DNA from: Clostridia bacterium
GTDB lineage: Bacteria; Bacillota; Clostridia; Oscillospirales; SIG627
NCBI GenBank assembly: GCA_017520825.1
Contig: JAFXEX010000005.1
Span: 15,431 to 79,430 of the forward strand
DNA length: 64,000 bases
Direction of reading: 5' to 3'
The notes under the pieces were generated by a model. It was not told the origin of the DNA. It saw nothing but the letters and a program-made list of their open reading frames with translations, and made no database searches. A program made the translations under genes and the position numbers. Positions 18,855-28,131 of the stretch are shown piece by piece. The first letter of the stretch is position 1. Each line of letters begins with the position of its first letter.

Positions 18855-20387
18855 CTATGAAAAAGCTTTTTTCAAAAGCTTATAATCATTGAGGGTAACG
18901 CAACGGAAAATACGAAGCAATAGAAGATAAATGAGCATTGAAATAACGAAGGCAATAATTAACGTAAAAAGACTTGTGGCAACAGCACCGTGAAGCCACG
19001 TCAATACGGTTCTTGTTATAATGACGGAAAGCGTTACTGCAAGGGTGGGAATAAAAAACCACGAAATGAAGCGAATGGGTACCCTCGTGCGTTTTGCAAG
19101 CTTTAATGAGGACATAATACAATTTAATACCTCCCCAAACCAGACCACAAAAACGTAGCCCCCCAATCCAAAGACGGGAACTAAAAGCCATACCAGCAAC
19201 ACGCTTGAAACAGAGTCCACAATATTGTACTTCACCACACTGACCTGCTCGCCCAATCCTTTGAGAATTGCATCTGCAAGGTGATCGTAAAGCATAAAAA
19301 CAATGAGAGGTGCCAGCACCTTTATGTAAAATCCACATTCGTCACTGTTGTAAAAAATCTCTCCTATTTCCGAAGAAAATCCAAAAATCACACCCGACAC
19401 ACCCACTGCAAAAAAGGACGTTAGCTGCATTACCTTGGCAGTCAACCTTTTAAGACGCCGTGTGTCACCCGATGCGTTGCAAGCAGAAAATTCAGGTATC
19501 AGCAGGTCGGAGGCAGCGTAAAGAAAAGCCGACGGAAACATTATGACGGGGAAAACCATTCCCGTTATCATTCCGTAAAGCCCAAGCGCCCTTGAGGAGT
19601 CCACTCCACCCTTGCGAAGTCCCGAGGGAATCATCATATGCTCAATGGAGTGAAGCCCCGTTCTTATAACGGAGCTGACGGCAACGGGCAGTGCTATAAC
19701 GGACACACGTCGGGCAAGCGCCGTCTTTTTATGGTTGCCCTTGAAAAGCTTTTTTCTGTCGTTGTTATAAAAGAAAAAGCCTAAAGCAAATGAAATTATT
19801 TCGGCGAAAATTCCACCCACGATAAGTGACAGGCAGGCATATTCCAGATTGCTTCCGTCGAATTTCAACAGCATAAAATAGGTAACGCCCATTCTTACGA
19901 ATTGGTCCAGAAGCATTGGCATAGCGCTTCCCGACATTCTGCCCACTGCCGTAAAATAGGCGTTGATAATTCCCGACATTACAATAAAAGGAAAGCTTAT
20001 GGACATCATACGGATAGAAGCAGCAGTTCTGATATCGCCTAAAAAAAGAGAGGCTATGGGATTGGCAAATACAAAAAATGTGACGGCTATTATGCTTCCA
20101 AATATAAGTGAGGTTAAAAGGCACCTTTCTGCTGCACGGGCAGCTTCACGAGGATTCTTTTTTTCTATTTCTTCTGCAATTATTCTGGTGGTTGCAAAGC
20201 CTATGCCAGCCGATGACAGAGTTATACCCAATCGGTATACCGAGCCTGTGAGAGAATATAGACCCAAGCCCTCTTCTCCTACCTTCTGAGACAGATAGAC
20301 GGAAAACCAAAGAGAGAGTATTCTTAAAAACACGGTGGTTATCACCATAAGCGATGCATTAAACAAAAACTTTTTAATTTTTTTCAT
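18855..20387 (-). CDS. spoVB: SpoVB-like MOP/MurJ-type flippase (polysaccharide biosynthesis protein)
   Basis: VYLSQKVGEEGLGLY, MIPSGL...ALGLYG, LKGLGEQ; 14-TM pattern. Start ATG 20387 with AGGAG RBS; sigmaE-like promoter upstream. Confidence 0.75.
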   Translation of the reverse strand: MKKIKKFLFNASLMVITTVFLRILSLWFSVYLSQKVGEEGLGLYSLTGSVYRLGITLSSAGIGFATTRIIAEEIEKKNPREAARAAERCLLTSLIFGSIIAVTFFVFANPIASLFLGDIRTAASIRMMSISFPFIVMSGIINAYFTAVGRMSGSAMPMLLDQFVRMGVTYFMLLKFDGSNLEYACLSLIVGGIFAEIISFALGFFFYNNDRKKLFKGNHKKTALARRVSVIALPVAVSSVIRTGLHSIEHMMIPSGLRKGGVDSSRALGLYGMITGMVFPVIMFPSAFLYAASDLLIPEFSACNASGDTRRLKRLTAKVMQLTSFFAVGVSGVIFGFSSEIGEIFYNSDECGFYIKVLAPLIVFMLYDHLADAILKGLGEQVSVVKYNIVDSVSSVLLVWLLVPVFGLGGYVFVVWFGEVLNCIMSSLKLAKRTRVPIRFISWFFIPTLAVTLSVIITRTVLTWLHGAVATSLFTLIIAFVISMLIYLLLLRIFRCVTLNDYKLLKKAFS

Positions 20388-20406
20388 ATTATTACTCCTA
20401 TAGGTA

Positions 20407-20435
20407 ATCATATGAAAAGTGAGGACACCGTATGA
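20407..20435 (-). promoter_or_regulatory. Putative sigmaE (mother-cell sporulation) promoter
   Basis: Minus strand TCATACG-14 bp-CATATGAT, close to the B. subtilis sigmaE consensus. Confidence 0.6.
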
Positions 20436-20451
20436 ATAAACGGTGTCCTCA
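20420..20451 (-). terminator. Terminator after nnrD
   Basis: TGAGGACACCGT-8 nt-ACGGTGTCCTCA followed by CTTTT on the minus strand. Confidence 0.8.
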
Positions 20452-20456
20452 TTTTG

Positions 20457-21308
20457 TTAAAAATCTTTTATTGTAAGGGCTAATTCCTTCAATAAATCAC
20501 GTGCGAGCGCTCCTCTCACGCCCCACCTTTTACCTGCCTGCTCTCCTGCCCTGCCGTGTAAAAACACTGCAGTAGGAACTGCCCTTTCCATAGGCATTCC
20601 CTGTGCCAGAAGCGATCCGATAAGTCCTGCAAGAACGTCTCCCGAGCCACCCTTTGACAGAGTTGAATCTCCGGTAACGTTGGCAAAGGTTTCCCCGTTG
20701 GCAAGCGCAATTACGGATATTTTGTCCTTTAAAACCAAATTTGTATTATACCTTTTAGCAAAATCCTGGGCATAAGCAAAGGTATCTTTACTTATTCCAT
20801 CAACGCTTACTCCCGTGAGCCGTGAAAACTCAAGCAGATGTGGTGTAAGCACTGTATGGGTGCCAAGAAAACCCAATAGCTCGTGTGTGTCCGAGATTAT
20901 ATTCAATGCGTCTGCATCAATTACCGTCGGCTTCCTTACTACCGACAATATGCGATAAAGAAGCTTGCGAGCAATATCGCTCTTACCCAAGCCGACGCCA
21001 ACAGTCAAAGCCGAATAAGAATTTATTCTTTTCGCGTCCCATTGATCCCAAAATGAAGCAATGGCTTCGGGGATAAGAGTCTGAATCGGTATTCTGTTAT
21101 CGGGGTGCGTCAGTATTTCAACAAGCCCCGTACCACTTCGGTATGCAGACTCAGCCGAGAAATAGGCAGCTCCTGCCATACCTCTGTCTCCACCGAAAAC
21201 AAGGAGTCTTCCACAATCTCCTTTATTGGTGACGGTATCTCTGTCGGGAAGCTTAACGTCACTTGCTTCAAATACTTTTACGTTTTCAATTCCGTTATAA
21301 TCTGTCAT
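20457..21308 (-). CDS. nnrD: NAD(P)H-hydrate dehydratase (YjeF C-terminal)
   Basis: NKGDCG, GMAGAA, GVGLG, VIDADAL, LTPHLLEFSRL, KGGSGDVLAG. Confidence 0.92.
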   Translation of the reverse strand: MTDYNGIENVKVFEASDVKLPDRDTVTNKGDCGRLLVFGGDRGMAGAAYFSAESAYRSGTGLVEILTHPDNRIPIQTLIPEAIASFWDQWDAKRINSYSALTVGVGLGKSDIARKLLYRILSVVRKPTVIDADALNIISDTHELLGFLGTHTVLTPHLLEFSRLTGVSVDGISKDTFAYAQDFAKRYNTNLVLKDKISVIALANGETFANVTGDSTLSKGGSGDVLAGLIGSLLAQGMPMERAVPTAVFLHGRAGEQAGKRWGVRGALARDLLKELALTIKDF

Positions 21309-22186
21309 AAAATCAAATTAACTGCTCCGTGAAGATTTTCAAGTAAAATTTCACCTCGGCTCGTTGCGTGCTCGCCGTCCAGTGCCCAATTAAGCTTATT
21401 GGTTGTCTTTACCTTTATAGATGATGCGTGGAAAAAGGTAATATGCTCTTCCGAATAGTCTCCGTTGGCAAGAGCAATCAGTATTTTAGGAACGTCGAGC
21501 AGCAGCTTTGGCATACGGATAAGCAGAATTTCGAACTCTCCGTCAGAAAGGTTTACAAGGTTTGAGTCAAGTTTTATAAGACCTGCAATTGAAGTCGAAT
21601 TACTGATAGCACCAAAAAGGTAATCGTCCTCATACACCTTGCCGTCGGCTTCAAGTCGAACGTGGTAGGGCTTGATAGACGAAAGGTCGGACATACCGTT
21701 GAGTACGTAGGCTGAATGTCCCAAAACGTTCTTGCTCTGTTGAGGCGTTGAATAGGACGCACCGGTAAACGCGCCGAATGAGGCAACGTATGAGAAATAT
21801 AAATCGCCAAATCTTCCAACGTCAAGCTTTCTCGGCTTGCCGGTGGTAATATTTGAAGCAGCCGTTACAGAATTCTGCGAAAGCTCAAGGGTTGAGGCAA
21901 AATCATTTGTTGTCCCAGCCGGGATATATCCTATTGGAACATTAAGCTCAGATTTCAATACGCCTGTGATAAGCTCGTTATAGGTTCCGTCGCCACCACC
22001 ACAAACAATCAAATCATAGCTTGCACCGGAGGACAGAACCTTTTCCGTGGCATCTCCTTTTTTCTTGGTAAGGTAAATGTCACATTCGTATCCACCCTTA
22101 TAAAAGGCTTTGTCTATATCTGCAATGTCTTTAAGAATCTTCATTTTTCCAGCAGTGGGATTGATTATAAAAAGTACCTTTTTCAT
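21305..22186 (-). CDS. Diacylglycerol kinase family lipid kinase (YegS/BmrU)
   Basis: INPTAG, GGDGT, IPAGTTNDFA, DGE. Start ATG 22186. Confidence 0.92.
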   Translation of the reverse strand: MKKVLFIINPTAGKMKILKDIADIDKAFYKGGYECDIYLTKKKGDATEKVLSSGASYDLIVCGGGDGTYNELITGVLKSELNVPIGYIPAGTTNDFASTLELSQNSVTAASNITTGKPRKLDVGRFGDLYFSYVASFGAFTGASYSTPQQSKNVLGHSAYVLNGMSDLSSIKPYHVRLEADGKVYEDDYLFGAISNSTSIAGLIKLDSNLVNLSDGEFEILLIRMPKLLLDVPKILIALANGDYSEEHITFFHASSIKVKTTNKLNWALDGEHATSRGEILLENLHGAVNLIL

Positions 22187-22273
22187 TTGACCGCCTTTCT
22201 TGTGCAAGCCATATCTGTCACGTATTTGTATTGTTCATAAATTGCAATATCTATATTTGTATGTTTTTACTAT

Positions 22274-22339
22274 ATTTTACAGTATACTGTATAAAAAGTC
22301 AACTACTTTGTTGACAAATAATATTCAATGTGTTACAAT
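22274..22339. promoter_or_regulatory. Back-to-back sigmaA promoters with a palindromic site
   Basis: Plus strand TTGACA(22311)-17-TACAAT(22334). Minus strand TTGACT(22302)-17-TAAAAT(22279). Palindrome TACAGTATACTGTA at 22278-22291. Confidence 0.7.
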
Positions 22340-22376
22340 TGGGTGCGATGAAAAAGCAGAAAATAAGGAGAGTTTT

Positions 22377-23480
22377 ATGGAAGAATCTGCACTTCGTGAG
22401 CTTGCCACAACAATTCCCGAATATTGGCGTGAGCATCTCAGCGAAAAAATCAAAAAGATACGTGAAAATCAGATAAAGGCCGGCCCCGACGGAATCAGCT
22501 TCGGTCTTATATCCGACATACATTGGCGCACGAATAAAAAGCATTCGGCAGCACTTCTTGAAAAGGTTTTAAACGACTGTAGCATTTCTTACTTCTTTAA
22601 TGCAGGTGACCTTTTTTCAGGACAGGGCATTTGCAAGCCCGAGGATATTATTTCCGAATTTATCGACTACCGAAAGCTGTTTGCAAGAATAGAGAGTAAG
22701 TGCCTCATGGTTGAAGGTAATCACGATGCCACTTATTCTACCTTTGAAGCTCCCGACTATTATGCACAGAATCTTTCGTTTAATGAATTCTACGAGTATT
22801 ATTTCAGACATCAGGCGCAGTATACGGACAGAGAGTTCGGTGAAAACGGCACTTATTATTTCGTTGACGACAAGTTCCGTAAAACAAGACTGATCGTTCT
22901 TAACGTTCACGACGTTCCAAACGACGACGTTAATGAGGACGGACGCCCTGTGTATAACAGATTCCGCGCCGCAGGAACGGGCGTTGGTCAACGTCAGCTT
23001 GATTGGTTTGCACACGTTGCTCTCGACGTGCCCTCTCCTGAATGGACGGTAGTTCTCGGCACTCACGAGCCTATGTGCTTTTCAAAAAGAGGCGGTGTGC
23101 GTAACTACGGCTTATTACTCGACATAATAAACGCATTCAGCCATCATACCTCTTTTGAAGGAGAAGTATCCTACCCTGAAGAGTTTGCTCATTTTAACGC
23201 CAAGGTTTCGGTAGACTATACCGGCAAGGGTGGAGACTTTGCTATCTGGGTGGGTGGACACACTCACTACGATCTGGACCTTGTGTTAGACGACGTTCTT
23301 TCAACTGCTACTCTTAACGACGGTATGCACAACAGTGAAAACAACCCTACGCCTCACGTTGCAGAAACCTCTGCTGAGCAGGCTTTTGACATTTTTACCA
23401 TTGATAAGCACAACCACAGAATTTACATCACGAGAATAGGCGCGGGAAATGATCGCGAGTTTGAATACAAGGTGTTTTGA
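22377..23480 (+). CDS. Calcineurin-like metallophosphoesterase, paralogue 1
   Basis: SDIH, AGD, GNHD, THEP, GGHTH. Start ATG 22377 with AAGGAG RBS. Confidence 0.88.
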   Translation: MEESALRELATTIPEYWREHLSEKIKKIRENQIKAGPDGISFGLISDIHWRTNKKHSAALLEKVLNDCSISYFFNAGDLFSGQGICKPEDIISEFIDYRKLFARIESKCLMVEGNHDATYSTFEAPDYYAQNLSFNEFYEYYFRHQAQYTDREFGENGTYYFVDDKFRKTRLIVLNVHDVPNDDVNEDGRPVYNRFRAAGTGVGQRQLDWFAHVALDVPSPEWTVVLGTHEPMCFSKRGGVRNYGLLLDIINAFSHHTSFEGEVSYPEEFAHFNAKVSVDYTGKGGDFAIWVGGHTHYDLDLVLDDVLSTATLNDGMHNSENNPTPHVAETSAEQAFDIFTIDKHNHRIYITRIGAGNDREFEYKVF

Positions 23481-23481
23481 T

Positions 23482-24582
23482 ATGTTCAAGCGTATGGACA
23501 GGTACTACTGTACCAAATGTATGTATATGACGGCTCCTCCGTGCGAATGTCCCAACTGTCACGCACCTGCTGAGGAATGGCGTATTATTGATGAGGAGGG
23601 CTATTATGATTTAGGCAAAAGAGTGCCTGAATTCTACGAGGCTCACCTTGAAGAAAAGATACAAACGATCCACGAAAAGCAGATACTTGCAGGAAGAACG
23701 GGAACGAGTGTAGGTCTGATTTCCGACACTCATTTCATAATGAATTATACCCATTCGGGCGCACTTATGAACAAGGTGCTGACCGACTGCTATATTCCCT
23801 ATTATTTCAATGCAGGCGACGTCGTGTCGGCATACTCGGTTTGTCCCAAAGAAAGTATCTTCGACGACCTCGACGATACGAGGCGTTTATTCCACGAAAC
23901 AGAGAAAAAATGCCTTATGGCACGGGGCAATCACGACGATACCTATTCCGACTTTCCAGATAAGCCTTACGGACAAAGGCTGACGAGCTCCGAGCTCTAC
24001 GAGGGCTTTTTCAGATTTCAGTCAATGTATCCCGACAGAGTATTCGGCCCGACCGGCACCTACTTTTATGCCGAGGATACCGTTCATAAAATGAGATATA
24101 TAGTTCTCGATAACTACGATATGAACAAGGTTCAACTCGATTGGTTTGCAAAGATTGCTCTTGACGTGCCCTCAACCGATTGGGGCGTGGTACTGTGTAC
24201 TCACGTCTGCCCTGCAAATAACAATCTTGGCGCTGTGCCCAAGTCGGCATTACTCATTGGTATAATCAACGCCTTTCGCCGTCATACGTCCTTCGTTTCA
24301 GACGACAAGCACGGCGCAATCGTTTCGGTGGATTTTACGGGACGTGGTGGCGAGTTTATAACCTGGGTAGGTGGACATTGGCACGAGGACCTTCTTGGCG
24401 ACGTAGAAGGAATAAAATGCTTAGCCGTGTCACACGATTACGCAAAGCTGCCAGAACGTGTCAAGGGACAGGTATCGGAACAACTTTTTGATATCCTTAC
24501 CATCGACAGAAAACGGCATAAGGTTTACGTAACCCGTATAGGCTACGGTGAAGACAGAGAATTTAATTACGAGGTGTTTTAA
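23482..24582 (+). CDS. Rubredoxin-like domain plus metallophosphoesterase, paralogue 2
   Basis: N-terminal YYCTKCMY...CPNCHA, then SDTH, AGD, GNHD, TH, GGHWH. Start ATG 23482. Confidence 0.85.
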   Translation: MFKRMDRYYCTKCMYMTAPPCECPNCHAPAEEWRIIDEEGYYDLGKRVPEFYEAHLEEKIQTIHEKQILAGRTGTSVGLISDTHFIMNYTHSGALMNKVLTDCYIPYYFNAGDVVSAYSVCPKESIFDDLDDTRRLFHETEKKCLMARGNHDDTYSDFPDKPYGQRLTSSELYEGFFRFQSMYPDRVFGPTGTYFYAEDTVHKMRYIVLDNYDMNKVQLDWFAKIALDVPSTDWGVVLCTHVCPANNNLGAVPKSALLIGIINAFRRHTSFVSDDKHGAIVSVDFTGRGGEFITWVGGHWHEDLLGDVEGIKCLAVSHDYAKLPERVKGQVSEQLFDILTIDRKRHKVYVTRIGYGEDREFNYEVF

Positions 24583-24583
24583 A

Positions 24584-25756
24584 ATGGACAAGTTTTATTG
24601 TACGAAATGCTTTTATCTTGTGTCAGAGGACACTCCCCCCGAAGTATGTCCCATATGTGGCACGGCAAGACAGTTTTTTGCCCCTGTTGTAAAAAATACA
24701 AAGCAGTTTATTCCTGAATATTGGAATGAGCATCTTGAACAGAAGATAACCGAAATACATAACCGTCAGATACAGGCAGGCCGTGACTGCTCAAGCTTCG
24801 GTCTCATTACCGACCTTCACTGGGCACCCAATGAAAAGCATTCTGCCGCACTTCTTGAAAAGGTACTGACAGATTGTGGCGTTCCATTCTTCTTCACAGG
24901 TGGCGACATTGTCTGTGGCTCAGGCGTTTGCCCTGCTTCGTCTCTTAAGAGAGAGCTGAGTGAGTATTCGCAGGCATTCAAGGACATTGAGCATAAGTGT
25001 CTTATGGTTCAGGGTAATCACGATTCTGCATACTCTACCCTTCCCATTCCTCATTATTATGACGAGTCACTCACCTCAGAGGAAATATACGAGTATTATT
25101 ACAGATCTACGGCTCAGTACACAAACCGTGTGTTTGGTCCTGACAACACCTATTGCTATGCAGACGACAGACTTCATAAAATGCGTTATATCGCTCTTAA
25201 CACTCACGTAAAGTGGACGGACGATCTTGACGAAAACGGACTTCCTCTCTGCAATGCATTCAGGTCCCCGGGATTTATGCAGGAGCAGCTTGAATGGCTG
25301 GCTCACGTGGCTCTTGACGTGCCCTCTACCGACTGGACGGTAGTTATATGTACTCACGAGCCTGCATATCAAGGCTTTGCCAATACTTCTATGGTGCTTG
25401 GCATAATCGACGCCTTTCGCCGTCATGAAAAATTTGAGAAAACGAACATAGATGAAAAGAGACCTTATTACAGCTCTCAGATTTCCGTTGACTTCACGGG
25501 CAGAGGTGGTAACTTTGCTATATGGGTAGCTGGTCATATGCACAAAGATGATTTTAAATACTGCAACGGTATTTTGTCAACGACTACTCTCAACGACTGC
25601 TTACATAATGACCCTCATTCTGAATTCGTTCACGTTAAGGGTACGACCACGGAACATGCATTCGATATCTTTACAATAGACAAGCACGCTCATAAAATCT
25701 ACGCTACGCGTATAGGTTGTGGTGAAAATCGCGAATTTGAATACGAGGTATTTTAA
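24584..25756 (+). CDS. Rubredoxin-like domain plus metallophosphoesterase, paralogue 3
   Basis: N-terminal FYCTKCFY...PPEVCPICG, then TDLH, GGD, GNHD, THEP, AGHMH. Start ATG 24584 with GAGGTG RBS. Confidence 0.87.
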   Translation: MDKFYCTKCFYLVSEDTPPEVCPICGTARQFFAPVVKNTKQFIPEYWNEHLEQKITEIHNRQIQAGRDCSSFGLITDLHWAPNEKHSAALLEKVLTDCGVPFFFTGGDIVCGSGVCPASSLKRELSEYSQAFKDIEHKCLMVQGNHDSAYSTLPIPHYYDESLTSEEIYEYYYRSTAQYTNRVFGPDNTYCYADDRLHKMRYIALNTHVKWTDDLDENGLPLCNAFRSPGFMQEQLEWLAHVALDVPSTDWTVVICTHEPAYQGFANTSMVLGIIDAFRRHEKFEKTNIDEKRPYYSSQISVDFTGRGGNFAIWVAGHMHKDDFKYCNGILSTTTLNDCLHNDPHSEFVHVKGTTTEHAFDIFTIDKHAHKIYATRIGCGENREFEYEVF

Positions 25757-25764
25757 AAAATTGA

Positions 25765-25796
25765 TTCCGTCTGCAAATGCAGACGGAAGTTTTTTC
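25765..25796 (+). terminator. Terminator of the phosphoesterase operon
   Basis: TTCCGTCTGC-aaat-GCAGACGGAA followed by a T tract. Confidence 0.85.
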
Positions 25797-25873
25797 TCTA
25801 TCTGTATATAATAAACAACATAGCAATATGCAATTTATTATATAACCGTTATTCAAAACATACTAAAAAAATA

Positions 25874-25902
25874 TTGAAACTTGAAAATAAATGTGTTAAA
25901 AT
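25874..25902 (+). promoter_or_regulatory. SigmaA promoter of the V-ATPase operon
   Basis: TTGAAA-17-TAAAAT with extended TG. Confidence 0.6.
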
Positions 25903-25932
25903 AATAGTAAATATTGACAAAAGGAGAAATAA

Positions 25933-26232
25933 ATGGATATTATCGAAAGCGTAAAAGCAGCAGAAGATCTTGCTGAGAGCATAAAGCAATCGGCAAAGGC
26001 AGAAGCGCAAAAGCGTTTGTCCGAAGCCGAAAAAAAGGCTAAAGAGGAAGCACAGAAAATGATAGCCGATGCAAAAGCCACAGGCGAGGTATTGTATGCC
26101 GAAGCTATTGCCCGTGCAGATTTGGCAACGGCAGAAGCTGAAAAAGCTCTTGAAAAAGAAAAAGAAGCAGTCAAAGCCACGGCTGAAAAAAACAAAACTG
26201 TGGCTGTTGATAAAATTACATCTCTCATTTAA
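25933..26232 (+). CDS. V/A-type ATPase subunit H/G (peripheral stalk)
   Basis: Ala/Glu/Lys-rich coiled coil, first gene of the operon. Confidence 0.8.
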   Translation: MDIIESVKAAEDLAESIKQSAKAEAQKRLSEAEKKAKEEAQKMIADAKATGEVLYAEAIARADLATAEAEKALEKEKEAVKATAEKNKTVAVDKITSLI

Positions 26233-26247
26233 AGGGGAAATTGCTTA

Positions 26248-28113
26248 ATGATAGCACCTATGAAAAAGGTGTCGATAGTATGTATGCGCGAGGACAGAGA
26301 AAAGGTCCTGAAGGCATTGCAGCATTCGGCACTAATGATGATTGAAGTCTCCGATACGGGTGTTATGGGAGACGACAGAGAGAGTGGCGAGCACCAACGC
26401 AGGGTAGAACAGCTTCTTCGTGAGTTGAACAAATACAAAGAAAAGAAAGGCTTATTTGCACAACCCACAGAAGTAAACGAAAGTAGCTTTGATACTCTGT
26501 CAGACGACACGATCTCTCTTTGCAACAGTATTGAAAATCTAATCAAGAAAAGAGACGAGCTGGTTTCAGAGGAAGCCTCTTTACAGTCAATAACCGATAC
26601 CTTGCGTGATTGGGCTGAGTTGAAAGCACTGGCACAGGACTTAAAGCAAACGGAATCTACCGACGTAATGACAGTAAGACTTCCCGTAGCAAAATACCCT
26701 CTCCTCGAAGAGCGCATTGCAGACCTTGATGCAAGCTTTGAAAAGGTGTCGGTCAACGAAAAGACCGTTCAACTGCTCATAGTGTGTATGAAGGAAGCGT
26801 GCCACAGTCTGCGAGCCCTCTTATCCGAATGCGAAGCAGAGGAAATAAAGCTACCGATAGTTTCAGGAAAGATAGCCGATAAGCTGAGTGAAACGAATAA
26901 GCGACTGTTGGAAGTATCCGATGAAAAAAACGCTATCAACGAACAGCTTGAAGCTTCTGCTAAAAGCTCAACGGCTGACGTGGAAACTCTGTTCGAACAG
27001 TACAGAGCAAGCGCCGACAGAGCTGAAGTAAGACTGAGCGAAACGGTTGAAACCGTCTTTATAGAAGGTTGGGTAAGAGCAGACTGTATGGATAAGTTAA
27101 AATCCACCATAGAGGAAGCTACTCCCATATTCGACGTAGAGTCCCGTGACCCCAAGGAAGACGAGGAGGTTCCTACGTCTCTTCAGAACAGCAAGCTGGT
27201 AAGCCAATTTGAAGGCATAACCGAAATGTTTAACCCTCCCAAGTATAACGACTACGACCCCAATGCCGTAATGGCGCCCTGGTACTGGATAATCTTCGGT
27301 ATGATGATGGGTGATGCAGGCTACGGTCTTATGATGGCAGTGTTAATCTTTCTGGGTAAAAAGCTGATGAAGCCCCGTGGTGGTACGGCTAAGCTGATGA
27401 ACGTGCTTCTTTATTCGTCTGTAACCACTATCTTCTTCGGTATCCTCTTCGGAAGCTATTTCGGTGAGGAGCTATTCCCTCCCCTTATAGGCTTCACCTC
27501 TATGAGTGATCCCATAAAAATGCTTATTCTCACTCTCGTTGTTGGCGTACTTCATATCTTTACGGGTATGATAACCAAGATTGTGCTGAACGTGAGAAGT
27601 GGTAACGTGCTTGACGCTATTTTCGATCAGGTTTCATGGATGATGATAATTGCCGGACTTGGCATGATATTTATCCCACCTTTAAGCAAGGTGGGTCCGA
27701 TAATAGCAATTATCGGCGCATTGATAGTTCTCTTCACGGCAGGACGCGCAAAAAAAGGTATCGTTGGTAAGATAACGGGTGGCCTTGGAGGACTTTACAA
27801 TATTACAAGCTATCTCAGTGATATTCTTTCCTACTCCCGAATTCTTGCTCTCGGACTTGCAACGGGCGTCGTAGGATACGTTATGAATATGCTTGCAGGT
27901 ATGGTGCAAAACGGTGTAATAGGATTTATACTGTCGCTTCTTATATATATTGTAGGTCACGTGTTCAATCTGGTGTTGGGTCTGCTTTCGGCTTACGTTC
28001 ACTCCTGCAGACTTCAATACATTGAATTCTACGGTAAGTTTTATGAGGGTGGAGGAACTGTCTTTAAGCCCTTTGGAATAAGAACAAACTATATTAATAT
28101 TAAAAAAGATTAA
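26248..28113 (+). CDS. ntpI: V/A-type ATPase subunit I (a)
   Basis: IEGWV, PKYNDYDP, FGMMMGDAGYG, SDILSYSRILALGLA, RLQYIEFYGKFY. Confidence 0.96.
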   Translation: MIAPMKKVSIVCMREDREKVLKALQHSALMMIEVSDTGVMGDDRESGEHQRRVEQLLRELNKYKEKKGLFAQPTEVNESSFDTLSDDTISLCNSIENLIKKRDELVSEEASLQSITDTLRDWAELKALAQDLKQTESTDVMTVRLPVAKYPLLEERIADLDASFEKVSVNEKTVQLLIVCMKEACHSLRALLSECEAEEIKLPIVSGKIADKLSETNKRLLEVSDEKNAINEQLEASAKSSTADVETLFEQYRASADRAEVRLSETVETVFIEGWVRADCMDKLKSTIEEATPIFDVESRDPKEDEEVPTSLQNSKLVSQFEGITEMFNPPKYNDYDPNAVMAPWYWIIFGMMMGDAGYGLMMAVLIFLGKKLMKPRGGTAKLMNVLLYSSVTTIFFGILFGSYFGEELFPPLIGFTSMSDPIKMLILTLVVGVLHIFTGMITKIVLNVRSGNVLDAIFDQVSWMMIIAGLGMIFIPPLSKVGPIIAIIGALIVLFTAGRAKKGIVGKITGGLGGLYNITSYLSDILSYSRILALGLATGVVGYVMNMLAGMVQNGVIGFILSLLIYIVGHVFNLVLGLLSAYVHSCRLQYIEFYGKFYEGGGTVFKPFGIRTNYINIKKD

Positions 28114-28131
28114 TTTTTGGAGGAAAAAACT

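Noticed and set aside
22200-22376. N-terminal extensions in the ORF track (also pyk, permease, glnS and phosphoesterases 2 and 3)
   Set aside because: The extensions cover promoters or overlap upstream genes; downstream ATGs have clear RBSs.
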